Of a DNA stretch of 64,000 nt, positions 9,889 through 19,499 are shown piece by piece (position 1 is the stretch's first letter; each line of letters starts with the position of its first letter). Origin of the DNA: a bacterium (lineage in GTDB: Bacteria > BMS3Abin14); assembly GCA_029210965.1 (NCBI GenBank), contig JARGFZ010000002.1, forward strand, positions 63,016 through 127,015, written 5' to 3'. The notes beneath the pieces are model-generated. The model did not search any database, had not been told where the DNA came from, and saw only the letters and a list, made by a program, of their open reading frames with translations. Both the position numbers and the translations under genes were made by a program.

Positions 9889-10461
9889 TTATTCCCAGTC
9901 CCCCGCAAGCAGCTGGATCCTGCTTGTAAGAGGAGTACTGATGTCCACATGCCCGGCGAAAGTCTCGCTCTCCCGTCCGTTTATCAGGATCTGGACATTG
10001 GACACATCTGTGAAGTTCTCTGTCAGGGTGTTCACCACCGAGTAAACCGCAAGGACCTCGGTCCACGCTCCACCAGGGTGTTCATCCTGGATCGCCCCCC
10101 CCAGATCCACCCAGACCGTCTTTTCACGCTCAAAGATCGCCCTGACCAGAACAGATTCCGGAAGGGTCCTGAGCCTGTCCTCATCAACGGGTCCTTTAAT
10201 CAACTCTTCCACAACGCTTTTGAGCAGGTCTTCCCTGCTCTCTCCAGTCACTTCCCTGCGCTCCAAAGATAACCTTCGCCCGGTGATATCGGCAAAAAAC
10301 AGATCCATCTCTTTTGTCTGTGGGGTGGCTAATGCCGGCTTGCTCATAACCTCCCCGCCGGGAGGGGTAATCCCCGGCCCCGGCAAGGTAAAGTGTATAA
10401 ACAGATAAACTGCCCCTGCGACAAGGATAAGGATCACTGCAGCCATCAGGTTTTTTTTCAT
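9889..10461 (-). CDS. GerMN-domain lipoprotein
   Basis: Signal/TM N-terminus and a GerMN-like segment. In the classic position between the amidase and murI. Confidence 0.6.
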   Translation of the reverse strand: MKKNLMAAVILILVAGAVYLFIHFTLPGPGITPPGGEVMSKPALATPQTKEMDLFFADITGRRLSLERREVTGESREDLLKSVVEELIKGPVDEDRLRTLPESVLVRAIFEREKTVWVDLGGAIQDEHPGGAWTEVLAVYSVVNTLTENFTDVSNVQILINGRESETFAGHVDISTPLTSRIQLLAGDWE

Positions 10462-11750
10462 GGCCGTTCTCTCTTTATCTCACCCCGGAGAAGTCCCCTG
10501 TGATAATCCTCGATGGCCCGATAAAGCGCCGTGGCTATCTGCTTCTGATGGGCCTGGCGGTTCAGTCGGACCTCCTGCTCCGGGTTGGAGATATATCCGA
10601 TCTCTACCAAAGCCGCCGGCATCCTGGCACCCATGAGAACAGCCAGAGGAGCCTGCCGCACTCCTCTGTCCCGGCCCCTGAGTTCACCTATGATCCGTTT
10701 CTGAACCATGGATGCCAACTCGTTGCTCTCCTGGATATAACCAGTCTGGGCCATATCCCAGAGGATCGCCTCCAAAAGCGCTTTGTCGCCCTCATCCCCC
10801 TTGACCCCGAGAGCCTTATTTTCAATTTCGGCGTAGCTGCGGGCCTGCTTGTCAGTGGACTTAAGACTCAGGTAGTAAGTTTCATAACCCTCGATATCCC
10901 GGCGGAAGGTGGCGTTGGCGTGAATGCTCAGGAACAGGTCCGCGCGGTTGTTGTTGGCGATGGCCGTCCGTTCTTTAAGCCCTACATAGTAATCGGCTGT
11001 ACGAGTCAGGACGACCTTTATCCCGAGTCCTTCTTCCAGCCTGGTCTTGAGTATCTCCGTAACGGTGAGTACGAGGTCTTTTTCCCTTGTTCCAGTACTT
11101 CCCCTCGCTCCAAGGCTTCTACCCCCATGGCCTGGATCGAGAACTACAACCGAAAGCCCTTTCGGTTCCTTCTGGAGCACCTCTTCCGGAACATACTGGT
11201 CCCGACGGATGAAGGAGGCTGTTTTTGACAATTCCTCCGGGTTCTGACCCTGGAAACCCCCTGAACCCGGCTCTCCGAGTGTCAGTGCCCGGGAATCCAG
11301 TGAGGAAGAGCGTCCCGTGAGAGCAGGCAGCGCTTTGGTGAGAAAATCAGTGGGAATAGCCAGTCTGCCGCCCAGATTGACAAGGGGGCCCGACATGACA
11401 GAGAACAGTCCCCGTGACAGGACGAGGGGTGATTCCAACAGCAAACGGCAAGAACCCCGCTCACCAACCAGGTCCAACCTCTCCCCCAGGACATCCAGGC
11501 TCGAACGCAGATCGAAGACCTCAATGAGGGACTGCAGGTCGATCATCCCCGATCGTACGGTAAGCTGCCCGGCCTTGCCTCCCGGCAGGTGTACGGAGAT
11601 CTCCGATGTCAGGGAATAAGCCTTCATCGGCAAGGCGAGGGTTACCGAAAAAATGCAAACCAGGATAATTCGATTCAGGAGGTGTTGAAATAGGAAAGTC
11701 CTGCGTATCATATTCGAAACGGATGTGGAGTTAATAAACCGCTTCACCAT
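10458..11750 (-). CDS. N-acetylmuramoyl-L-alanine amidase (AmiC-like, amidase_3 with N-terminal AMIN-like region)
   Basis: VVLDPGHGG...DLFLSIHANA is the amidase_3 catalytic motif. Signal peptide present. Confidence 0.85.
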   Translation of the reverse strand: MVKRFINSTSVSNMIRRTFLFQHLLNRIILVCIFSVTLALPMKAYSLTSEISVHLPGGKAGQLTVRSGMIDLQSLIEVFDLRSSLDVLGERLDLVGERGSCRLLLESPLVLSRGLFSVMSGPLVNLGGRLAIPTDFLTKALPALTGRSSSLDSRALTLGEPGSGGFQGQNPEELSKTASFIRRDQYVPEEVLQKEPKGLSVVVLDPGHGGRSLGARGSTGTREKDLVLTVTEILKTRLEEGLGIKVVLTRTADYYVGLKERTAIANNNRADLFLSIHANATFRRDIEGYETYYLSLKSTDKQARSYAEIENKALGVKGDEGDKALLEAILWDMAQTGYIQESNELASMVQKRIIGELRGRDRGVRQAPLAVLMGARMPAALVEIGYISNPEQEVRLNRQAHQKQIATALYRAIEDYHRGLLRGEIKRERP

Positions 11751-11786
11751 TCACTGTTCACCTTTCACTATTCACCGTTTACAGCT

Positions 11787-14237
11787 CTAATAATCCCTCG
11801 GCAACATACCGGGGACCTCTGACTGTGGAACATAACCCGGTGTATAGGTCCTTGTACCAAACTGGCCTCCGGTCCTGTTGGGAGATTTAGCGTACTCCCT
11901 GGGTGCCGTGCCGATCTTGAACGCCTCGTAGATGAAGCGGTCTGCTCCCGGACCTGCCAGCAGGCCAGAATCGGGATCAATTTTCACCATCTCGATCCCG
12001 GGAGGAGGAGCAGGGAAGGGAAGAACTGGGCGGTCCTTCATAGCCTTCTCCATGAAGTTCACCCAGATCGGGGCTGCGGCACGGGAACCGGTCTCATTCT
12101 GTCCCAGGGGAGCCTCCTCATCGAAACCTACCCAGGTGCCGGTCACTATCTTGGGAGTAAAACCCATGTACCAGGCATCGATCATATCGTTGGTCGTACC
12201 GGTTTTGCCTCCGCTGGGCCGCCCGAGGGCTCTTGCTCTCCATCCTGTCCCCGATTGCACCACACTGCGCAGAAGGTTTTGCATCATGAAAGCGGTATCC
12301 TCGGAAAGGGACCGCGTCAACTCCGCACCGCCCTGCTCCAGGACGTTGCCCCCCCTGTCCTCAACCTTCATGATAAACCACGGAGCGGAACGCAAACCCA
12401 AATTGGCAAAAACAGTGTAAGCGGAGGTCAGTCCTATGGGGGTGATGCCCATGCTTCCCAGTGAGATGGACAGGTCCTCCGGAAGTTCTTCCTCGATACC
12501 GAACCGTTTGGCATACTGAATGACCGCCTGTATTCCCAGTTTTTGCACTAACTTTATCGTAATGACGTTCCTGGACTGGACCAACCCGGTTCGCAGGGGG
12601 GTAGGTCCGTAGAACTTTTCGGAATAGTTGCCAGGCTTCCACTTCAACTCCTGAGCAGGGTCATCGTAAATGATGGGGGAATCCACAATGATGGATGAAG
12701 GGGTGAAACCGTTATCCATGGCGGCACTGTAAACTATGGGCTTGAAGGCGGAGCCGGGCTGCCGTATAGCCTGGGTCGCACGGTTAAATTCGCTTCGGTT
12801 GTAATCGTACCCCCCTATCATGGCGAGGATCTGCCCGGTAGGAGCGTCCATACAGATCAGCGCAGCCTCGGCCTTCGGTTCCTGCTCCAGTGCAAATAGA
12901 GTACGGTTTTCACTGTCTTTGACTGCAAGGTACCGGGCCATGACCAGGGAACCGATGCTGACTACCTCGTCAGCTCTTTTTACAGCATATTCTGTATAGT
13001 CTATGGTGGTATCGATGGGCCTGGCCCACTTCATCTCCTTTAACGGGATGTGGCCCGGGACCCCCCCCAGATCCAGGTCCGCTCCGTCTTTGTCCACCCG
13101 CATGACCAGGGCGCTCAGGATCTGTCCTTCCTCCCAGGGTAGAGCGTCTGTTACTCCCGAAATGACATCGGCAAGGCCGTTCTGGACCCTAAGCTTCTCA
13201 ATGGCCTGAGGAAAGTTGTCTGATGATATAAACTCTATGGGGCCTCGATACCCCTGCCTCTTGTCAAGGTCCTTCAACCCCGTCCTGATTGCATCCTGGG
13301 CAAACCCCTGCAAGTTTTTATCCATGGTGGTTGAAACCTTCATCCCGCCACGATAGAGTATTTCCTCACCATATTTATCATAGAGGTAGCGGCGCACCTC
13401 TTCTGCGAAGTAGGCCGTCGGGTCCATGGGGTCTGCAGTCTTCGGGTTAAGTCCAAGAGGAAGTGAGGAGGCCTCGGTGCCTTCCTGGGCGGTACTGTAG
13501 TTCTCCTCTACCATCCGGTCCAGAACCTGGTTGCGGCGCGCCAAAGCCCGATCAGGGTTCCTTGTGGGATCGTAGGCGCTGGGAGCTTTGGGCAGGCCGG
13601 CGAGAAGGGCTGTCTCGGCCAGGGACAGTTCCCAGACATGTTTCTGGAAATAGTTCTGTGCCGCGGACTCGATACCGTAACTGCCGTTGCCGAAGTAACT
13701 TTGATTCATATAAATCTCAAGGATCTCGTCCTTGCTGAACCGTTTGTCTATCCGACGGGCCAGTATGGCTTCCTTGAGTTTACGTGAATAGGTGCGTTCG
13801 TTGGAGAGCAGAAGGGATTTGGCCACCTGCTGGGTAATGGTGCTGCCTCCCTGTACCACCTTCCCAGCCTTGAGGTTCTTAAGGAAGGCCCTGAAAATCC
13901 CGAGATAATCCAGTCCCTGGTGCTCGTAATAACTGGAATCTTCTATGGCGATAACGGCGTTAATCACCTGACGGGGAACCTGGTCAATAGAGATGAGTTC
14001 CCTGTTCTCGATGAAAAAGCGGGAAACCTCCACACCGTCCCTGTCGTACATGATGGTCGGAAGACTTGGATTATAGTCACCGATATCCTTCAGTTGGGGG
14101 AGGTTCAGGCTGAAATAGAAATATGCGGCCATGGCAAACAGCGTCCCTGCGGCCATGATCGAAAGCAGGCCAAATAGAGCGGTCTTTGACCTGCGGCGAC
14201 GGCGCTGCCTGCCAGTTGGAATGTTGCGAATCCTCAA
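11787..14237 (-). CDS. mrcA: Penicillin-binding protein 1A (bifunctional transglycosylase/transpeptidase)
   Basis: The GT51 motif QGGSTITQQVAKSL plus a transpeptidase domain. 816 aa with an N-terminal TM. Confidence 0.9.
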   Translation of the reverse strand: MRIRNIPTGRQRRRRRSKTALFGLLSIMAAGTLFAMAAYFYFSLNLPQLKDIGDYNPSLPTIMYDRDGVEVSRFFIENRELISIDQVPRQVINAVIAIEDSSYYEHQGLDYLGIFRAFLKNLKAGKVVQGGSTITQQVAKSLLLSNERTYSRKLKEAILARRIDKRFSKDEILEIYMNQSYFGNGSYGIESAAQNYFQKHVWELSLAETALLAGLPKAPSAYDPTRNPDRALARRNQVLDRMVEENYSTAQEGTEASSLPLGLNPKTADPMDPTAYFAEEVRRYLYDKYGEEILYRGGMKVSTTMDKNLQGFAQDAIRTGLKDLDKRQGYRGPIEFISSDNFPQAIEKLRVQNGLADVISGVTDALPWEEGQILSALVMRVDKDGADLDLGGVPGHIPLKEMKWARPIDTTIDYTEYAVKRADEVVSIGSLVMARYLAVKDSENRTLFALEQEPKAEAALICMDAPTGQILAMIGGYDYNRSEFNRATQAIRQPGSAFKPIVYSAAMDNGFTPSSIIVDSPIIYDDPAQELKWKPGNYSEKFYGPTPLRTGLVQSRNVITIKLVQKLGIQAVIQYAKRFGIEEELPEDLSISLGSMGITPIGLTSAYTVFANLGLRSAPWFIMKVEDRGGNVLEQGGAELTRSLSEDTAFMMQNLLRSVVQSGTGWRARALGRPSGGKTGTTNDMIDAWYMGFTPKIVTGTWVGFDEEAPLGQNETGSRAAAPIWVNFMEKAMKDRPVLPFPAPPPGIEMVKIDPDSGLLAGPGADRFIYEAFKIGTAPREYAKSPNRTGGQFGTRTYTPGYVPQSEVPGMLPRDY

Positions 14238-14340
14238 TTGTTTTTCCTCGTCTTGGGTTGAAATGTCAGCGGAATGTCAGTTCCGAAAGCAGATTTAGAC
14301 AGAGTACGGCTGAGAGGGTTAAGTGTCAACATGGAACCCT

Positions 14341-14588
14341 TTAGCCCGGACTATTCACGAGGTTCTTTTCCGTTCTGGCGGCGTTGCTGTGTCGTTCCCT
14401 TGTGCGGAATACTAAAGTATGCCTCCGCGCTCCCTGGACAGTCGCCTTGCCGGAACGAAAAACTCCTCTCGTGACTATGTCCGGACAACCCCGCATAATT
14501 CATGATGTTTATCGTGCCATTCCCATTTATCCATATTTGCCAAACAGTTAGCTCACATCTCATCACCATCATGAATAATGCGGGCTAG
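14341..14588. mobile_element. MITE-like non-autonomous element, copy 1 (imperfect TIRs of about 20 bp, TA flanks)
   Basis: About 90% identical to 34331..34587 over about 245 bp. Termini are gcccggactattcacgagg ... catcatgaataatgcgggc, the end being an imperfect reverse complement of the start. Both copies are flanked by TA. Confidence 0.7.
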
Positions 14589-15550
14589 AGACTGGCGACA
14601 TGGCCAGGGCATTCCCGGCAATGCTCCACCCGGCACTCGGCTGTTCTGCACCGCTCGTTGCAATACAGGACCGTGGTCACGTATCGGTCACCCCTGTCGG
14701 GAAGCAGCGTGACGATAGTGCCTGAATCCATTTCCAGAGCCAGGTCCAGTGCCACCCTGATAGCAGCCCCACTGGACATGCCCGAGAATATCCCCTCCCT
14801 GGAGGCCAGGGTCTTTGATGCTTCATAGGCGTCATCGTCCTGGATGACAACCTTACGATCAAGCTCCGCAGGAACGTAAATGCCCGGTACAATGGCCTCG
14901 GACATGTTTTTCAGACCCTGGACCTTGTGTCCCATTACCGGCTCCACTCCCACGATGGAAATGGAAGGGCCTTTGCTTTTGAGAAACCTGGAAATACCCA
15001 TGAGCGTCCCTGTGGTGCCCATGCCTGCAACGAACACATCTATATCACCTTCCGTCTGCTCCCATATTTCAGGGCCGGTTCCCGTAAAATGAGCCCGGAT
15101 GTTGTCAGGGTTGTTAAACTGATCAGGCATGTAGTAGGTGCCCGGGTCCTTCTCATGCATCCGCCTGGCTTCCATGATGGCGCCATCGGTCCCATGGCTC
15201 GCCGGTGTAAGGACGATCTCGGCGCCCAAAGCGGAGAGGACCCTCCTGCGTTCAATACTTACACCTTCCGACATGGTCAAAATGTTCCTGTACCCCTTGC
15301 AGGCGGCTACCAGTGAGATCCCGATACCGGTGTTCCCCGAGGTAGCCTCCAGGATCGTCATGCCTGATCTGAGCTCTCCCCTCGCCTCGGCTCCCTCGAT
15401 CATGGAAAGGGCGATCCGGTCCTTGACCGACCCCCCAGGGTTGTTTCCCTCCAGTTTGGCCAGTACTCTCACCTTGGGATTGGTGTTCATGTGCAGTATT
15501 TCCACGAGGGGTGTGTTGCCTATAGTATCCAGGATCGTCTTTTTGTTCAC
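14585..15550 (-). CDS. cysK: Cysteine synthase (O-acetylserine sulfhydrylase) with an unusual C-terminal Cys-rich tail
   Basis: GNTPLV...NPGGSVKDR...TSGNTGIG are the PLP fold-type II motifs. An extra tail of about 25 aa, CNERCRTAECRVEHCRECPGHVASL, follows the canonical end. Confidence 0.9.
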   Translation of the reverse strand: MNKKTILDTIGNTPLVEILHMNTNPKVRVLAKLEGNNPGGSVKDRIALSMIEGAEARGELRSGMTILEATSGNTGIGISLVAACKGYRNILTMSEGVSIERRRVLSALGAEIVLTPASHGTDGAIMEARRMHEKDPGTYYMPDQFNNPDNIRAHFTGTGPEIWEQTEGDIDVFVAGMGTTGTLMGISRFLKSKGPSISIVGVEPVMGHKVQGLKNMSEAIVPGIYVPAELDRKVVIQDDDAYEASKTLASREGIFSGMSSGAAIRVALDLALEMDSGTIVTLLPDRGDRYVTTVLYCNERCRTAECRVEHCRECPGHVASL

Positions 15551-15747
15551 TTCTCCATCCTTTCGTATCGTTACAGTGAGTCATATCTTGCGGGTAGGTC
15601 CCACTGAATAGCTGTTCAACCTGCCTTCTTGCCTTCTGAAAAATCGCTCTAATATACAGCAGTCGGACCGATTGGGCCATAGAGGCCCTGGCGGGTTGAC
15701 CGCCATTCCGGGGAGGACTATGATTCAGATTCTCACGGAGGCAGACT

Positions 15748-16179
15748 ATGGAACCAGGCATCGAGAATTTTGCGGGAGTTATCATTCAGAACGCAAAAGG
15801 TGAGACTCTTCTTGTGCGCAAGGTGGACCAGTACGCCTACGCCATCCCATGGTGCCGCATTACTCCGGGAAAAAGCCTTCAGGAATGCCTGATGGATCGG
15901 GTCATGCACCTGACGGGGCTGTCAATTCAGCCTGTTTTCCTCGGTCCCAGTGAGCATATCGATGGGGACAACCACTTTATTTCCTTTGACCACACCGCGA
16001 AGATCGACTCTGGCGAGCAGCATTTCGTCAGGGACGGACTGGACTACCTCTGGGCTGGCGTAGACGAACTGTTCACCGTACCCCTCGTGGCCCTGACCCG
16101 GCAGATCCTGGAAAAGCACTTCCTGAAACAGGGGATCGAGCCGGAACTGAGCTCCGAGCCGAAGGATTTTACTTCATGA
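15748..16179 (+). CDS. Hypothetical protein (weak NUDIX-like resemblance)
   Basis: 143 aa. AGVIIQNAKGETLLVRK is reminiscent of a NUDIX N-terminus, but no clear Nudix box. Confidence 0.3.
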   Translation: MEPGIENFAGVIIQNAKGETLLVRKVDQYAYAIPWCRITPGKSLQECLMDRVMHLTGLSIQPVFLGPSEHIDGDNHFISFDHTAKIDSGEQHFVRDGLDYLWAGVDELFTVPLVALTRQILEKHFLKQGIEPELSSEPKDFTS

Positions 16180-16188
16180 CAGGGTCGA

Positions 16189-17268
16189 TCAACTGAAAAT
16201 GGAGGCCAGGTCAGTTCCGCTCAGCAGTTCCTCGATCCAGCCACTTATTAGATCTTCCTTAACATCAACGTTAAGCCTCTCCCTGATCTTCGCGGCCGAG
16301 CTCCCCAGATCAGGGGAAAGCCGTATGATCAGATCCTCGGGCAAGTCCGCCTGGTATCCGAACTCTGTATTAAAAACAGCCACGCGCCCATTGTGCAGGA
16401 TGGATTTGACCAACGCTCCCTCGATGGGGGCTGACCACATGCTGGGACAAAGGACGAGGCGGCAGTTTTCCACCTCCTCACGGAGCCCTGTCTCCCAGGT
16501 GATGTCCATTATCTTCACATTACCAGGCAGGCCCACGTCCCCCGATTGGGTCGTCGCCTCTTCCATTGAACCGGGTAGAAGAAAGGACAGTTCGGGAAGG
16601 TGTCTGGCCAATTCAATAGCATATCCGGCCCCTTTGGCAGCATTTATGGCTCCGTGGAAGACAACATCATATCCTCCCGCACCGGGTTTTTCTCGCTCAA
16701 CACCCTCAAATTCGTCTGTCACCATTCCTACCAACCGAACTCTGACGTCAGATCCGAAATGTTTCCTGATAAGCCGCCCCTGGTTGGGGTTCTGCAGCAG
16801 GAACATGATCGCAGGGGCCACTTTTTTCAAATGGCTCAGATAGGACAGGTTCCTGGATCGATTGTAAAACACCGGGAAGGGATGGCATGATGGATGGCAC
16901 CGACTGACATCTCCCAGGCAGTCGAGGCATTCCTCCCATTTCTGTCCTCGATAATTGTAGGAACGGATGCAGAAAAAGCTGCTATCCAACACATAATGGG
17001 TCACGCGGTTGGAACCAACGAGGTTGAAAAAGGATCTCCACCTCAGGGTCTGTGGATGCAGAACAAGCACGTCCGCGTTACGTATTAACCTCAATCGCGC
17101 ATAGAACCTGACCAAGTCAAAGCCATATAAGATAATCCCCTGACCTTTTGATTGAGGGCGGCACAGAACCGTCCATCCGTTTTTTTCGGCCAATGGCGCC
17201 AGCACTGAAAGGAATCGGCCTAGACCGCCCGCGCCAGGCGGCAGACCGCTGACAAGGTAGCCTTTCAC
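16189..17268 (-). CDS. Glycosyltransferase family-1-like protein
   Basis: A C-terminal half with GT-B-like motifs (DVVFHGAINAAKG ... SAPIEGALVKSILHNGRVAV). Sits inside the polysaccharide locus. Confidence 0.4.
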   Translation of the reverse strand: MKGYLVSGLPPGAGGLGRFLSVLAPLAEKNGWTVLCRPQSKGQGIILYGFDLVRFYARLRLIRNADVLVLHPQTLRWRSFFNLVGSNRVTHYVLDSSFFCIRSYNYRGQKWEECLDCLGDVSRCHPSCHPFPVFYNRSRNLSYLSHLKKVAPAIMFLLQNPNQGRLIRKHFGSDVRVRLVGMVTDEFEGVEREKPGAGGYDVVFHGAINAAKGAGYAIELARHLPELSFLLPGSMEEATTQSGDVGLPGNVKIMDITWETGLREEVENCRLVLCPSMWSAPIEGALVKSILHNGRVAVFNTEFGYQADLPEDLIIRLSPDLGSSAAKIRERLNVDVKEDLISGWIEELLSGTDLASIFS

Positions 17269-18167
17269 TTTCCATCGCCCCTGTGTTTCCCTGAAAAATA
17301 CTTTATGGTTCTCGCTATCCCCTCATCGAGGCTAACCAGGGGTACCCAGCCCATTTCTCTCAAGTTCGCTGTGTTCGCTTTAGAATCCATGAGTTCACCT
17401 TCCTGCATGGGAAGGTCACCGAAAAGCAGAACCGAATCGGACCTGGTTGCCGCACGGATCTTCTTTGCCAAATGCCGGACAGACACGGAAGTGCCCGTTC
17501 CTATATCGAAATGAAGGTATCCCTCCGGCAATACATCGAGGTTCTCCAGCATTTTCACATATGCCTGGACCGCGTCCGAAATATAGATAAAATCCCGTTT
17601 CTGCGTTCCTTCGGTCAGGGGGATCTCCGGAACCCGCTTGAGGCAGCTCTCTATGAGAAAGGGTATGAATTTATCCTCACGGTCATCAGGTCCGTATAGG
17701 TGCTGGAGGCGCAGGTTTATAAAACGACCACCCCTGTTTTTGACTTGAGCTCTGCCCCACTGGCTGAACTGTCCTTTGGATGACGCATATGCGTATAGGG
17801 GGGCGTAACTCCGAGGATAGAAGGTGTCGGTGTTAATAAAGTTCCGGACCTTGTTGTCCGCGGCCTGCTTGGCAAGTTCCATTGGGAAGAGGACATTGCT
17901 TTGGTACACTTCACTGGCCTCTTCCTCCGCCCGGCCGTATCGGGTGGCGGTGTGGACCACAGCGTGCGGAGGTGGGCTTCCCTCAAACAACCCCCCAATT
18001 CCCCGCTGGTCCAGATCAACCAGTTCCATCCTGTCAAGGAAATCCTCCACCCTGTCAAGACTTGTGGATCCCCTTACACCGGCCACAACCGTGTGACCGT
18101 CATCGACGAGCCTACGTGCCAGGTGGCTTCCCAGAAACCCGGAGGCTCCGGTCAGGACGATCTTCAT
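17265..18167 (-). CDS. NAD-dependent epimerase/dehydratase (SDR); candidate CDP-paratose/abequose synthase
   Basis: MKIVLTGASGFLGSHL Rossmann motif and YxxxK. 300 aa, matching RfbS/RfbJ size. Translationally coupled to rfbH. Confidence 0.7.
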   Translation of the reverse strand: MKIVLTGASGFLGSHLARRLVDDGHTVVAGVRGSTSLDRVEDFLDRMELVDLDQRGIGGLFEGSPPPHAVVHTATRYGRAEEEASEVYQSNVLFPMELAKQAADNKVRNFINTDTFYPRSYAPLYAYASSKGQFSQWGRAQVKNRGGRFINLRLQHLYGPDDREDKFIPFLIESCLKRVPEIPLTEGTQKRDFIYISDAVQAYVKMLENLDVLPEGYLHFDIGTGTSVSVRHLAKKIRAATRSDSVLLFGDLPMQEGELMDSKANTANLREMGWVPLVSLDEGIARTIKYFSGKHRGDGK

Positions 18168-19498
18168 TTCTGTGCGAATTCCAGGATGCTGTCGACCATG
18201 TAGCCTGCCATGGCAGTAGATATCCCGGGATAAACACCTACCCAGAAGGCTGATCGCATGATCTCATCAGTTGCCACGAGGTCTCCCACGACCCTGTAGC
18301 TGTCCGAACTGCTCCTTATGTGGTCGAAGCAGGGTTGATGGAGGAAATTGCCGGCAAAAAGCATGCGAGTCTGAATCCCTCGGGATTCCAGGTGGGCGAC
18401 GATCTCATCACGGGAAAAGGGAGCTTCTTGACGAACGAGCATGAGAAAACCGAACCAGCTTGGCAAAGATCCCGGCGCCGGTTCCGGAAGAATAAGATAA
18501 TGCCCGAGATCTGAAAGCCCATCCCGCATCAGCTGCCAATTTTCTCTTCTTCTTTCGATGAAGGTTGGGAGTTTTTCCAGCTGCGCGACCCCGATGGCGG
18601 CTTGCAGATCGGTTGCCTTCAGGTTATATCCGAACTGGGAATAAACGTATTTGTGGTCGTAACCCGGCGGCAACGATCCGTACTGGCCCGAAAAACGGCG
18701 CCCGCACGTGTCATCGATCCCGGACGGACAGATGCAGTCCCTGCCCCAATCTCTAAGAGAAATGAGGATCCCGGCAAGCTCCGAGTTGTCCGTGTAAACA
18801 GCTCCCCCCTCACCGGTGGTCATGTGATGGGGAGGATAAAAACTACTCGTCCCTATGTCTCCGAAGGTCCCGGTCATTTGATCCTTGTAGCGGCTGCCCA
18901 AGGCGTCGCAGTTGTCTTCAATAAGCCAGAGGTCATGCTTCCGGCAGAATTCCGTAACCGTGTCCAGATCGAAAGGGTTGCCGAGGGTGTGAGCGAGCAT
19001 TACTGCCCGCGTTCTCGGGGAAAGGGCTTCTTCAAGAAACCGGGTATCGGCGTTGCAGGTAGATAGTTCTACATCGATAAAAACTGGAATTGCACCGTAT
19101 TGCATCACAGGTGTGACAGTTGTGGGAAAGGCCGCGGCCACCGTGATAACTTCATCCCCCCGCTCGATAGCCTTGGCACCGAGTCCGGGTGATGTGAGAG
19201 CCATGAAGGCAAGGAGGTTGGCAGAAGAGCCCGAGTTTACAAAACAGCAGTTAGACAGGCCCATAAACTTACCAAAATTTTTCTCAAAACTGTCAGAGTA
19301 ACGGCCCTGAGTGAGCCAGAATTCCAGAGCTGCATCCACCAGAGTGACGAGTTCGGCATCATCAAAAACCCGACCGGCATAGGGTATCCGTGTCTTTCCA
19401 GGCACGAACTCCTTTCCCTCAAAGGTCTCCTGGTAATAGGCCCTCACCAGATTCTGGATCTGATCCCTGATATTGTGGTCACCGCCCGTTTTTTTCAT
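18164..19498 (-). CDS. rfbH: CDP-6-deoxy-D-xylo-4-hexulose-3-dehydrase (DegT/DnrJ/EryC1 aminotransferase fold, RfbH/DdhC-like)
   Basis: A DegT-family PLP fold with a Cys-rich region (CICPSGIDDTCGRR). Probable start is MKKTGG. Adjacent to rfbG and rfbF. Confidence 0.8.
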   Translation of the reverse strand: MKKTGGDHNIRDQIQNLVRAYYQETFEGKEFVPGKTRIPYAGRVFDDAELVTLVDAALEFWLTQGRYSDSFEKNFGKFMGLSNCCFVNSGSSANLLAFMALTSPGLGAKAIERGDEVITVAAAFPTTVTPVMQYGAIPVFIDVELSTCNADTRFLEEALSPRTRAVMLAHTLGNPFDLDTVTEFCRKHDLWLIEDNCDALGSRYKDQMTGTFGDIGTSSFYPPHHMTTGEGGAVYTDNSELAGILISLRDWGRDCICPSGIDDTCGRRFSGQYGSLPPGYDHKYVYSQFGYNLKATDLQAAIGVAQLEKLPTFIERRRENWQLMRDGLSDLGHYLILPEPAPGSLPSWFGFLMLVRQEAPFSRDEIVAHLESRGIQTRMLFAGNFLHQPCFDHIRSSSDSYRVVGDLVATDEIMRSAFWVGVYPGISTAMAGYMVDSILEFAQK

Positions 19499-19499
19499 T

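Noticed and set aside
14274-14572. ORFs 14274..14474 (+) and 14351..14572 (-), and 34411..34644 (-)
   Set aside because: They fall inside the two MITE-like copies. The substitutions between copies do not preserve a reading frame.
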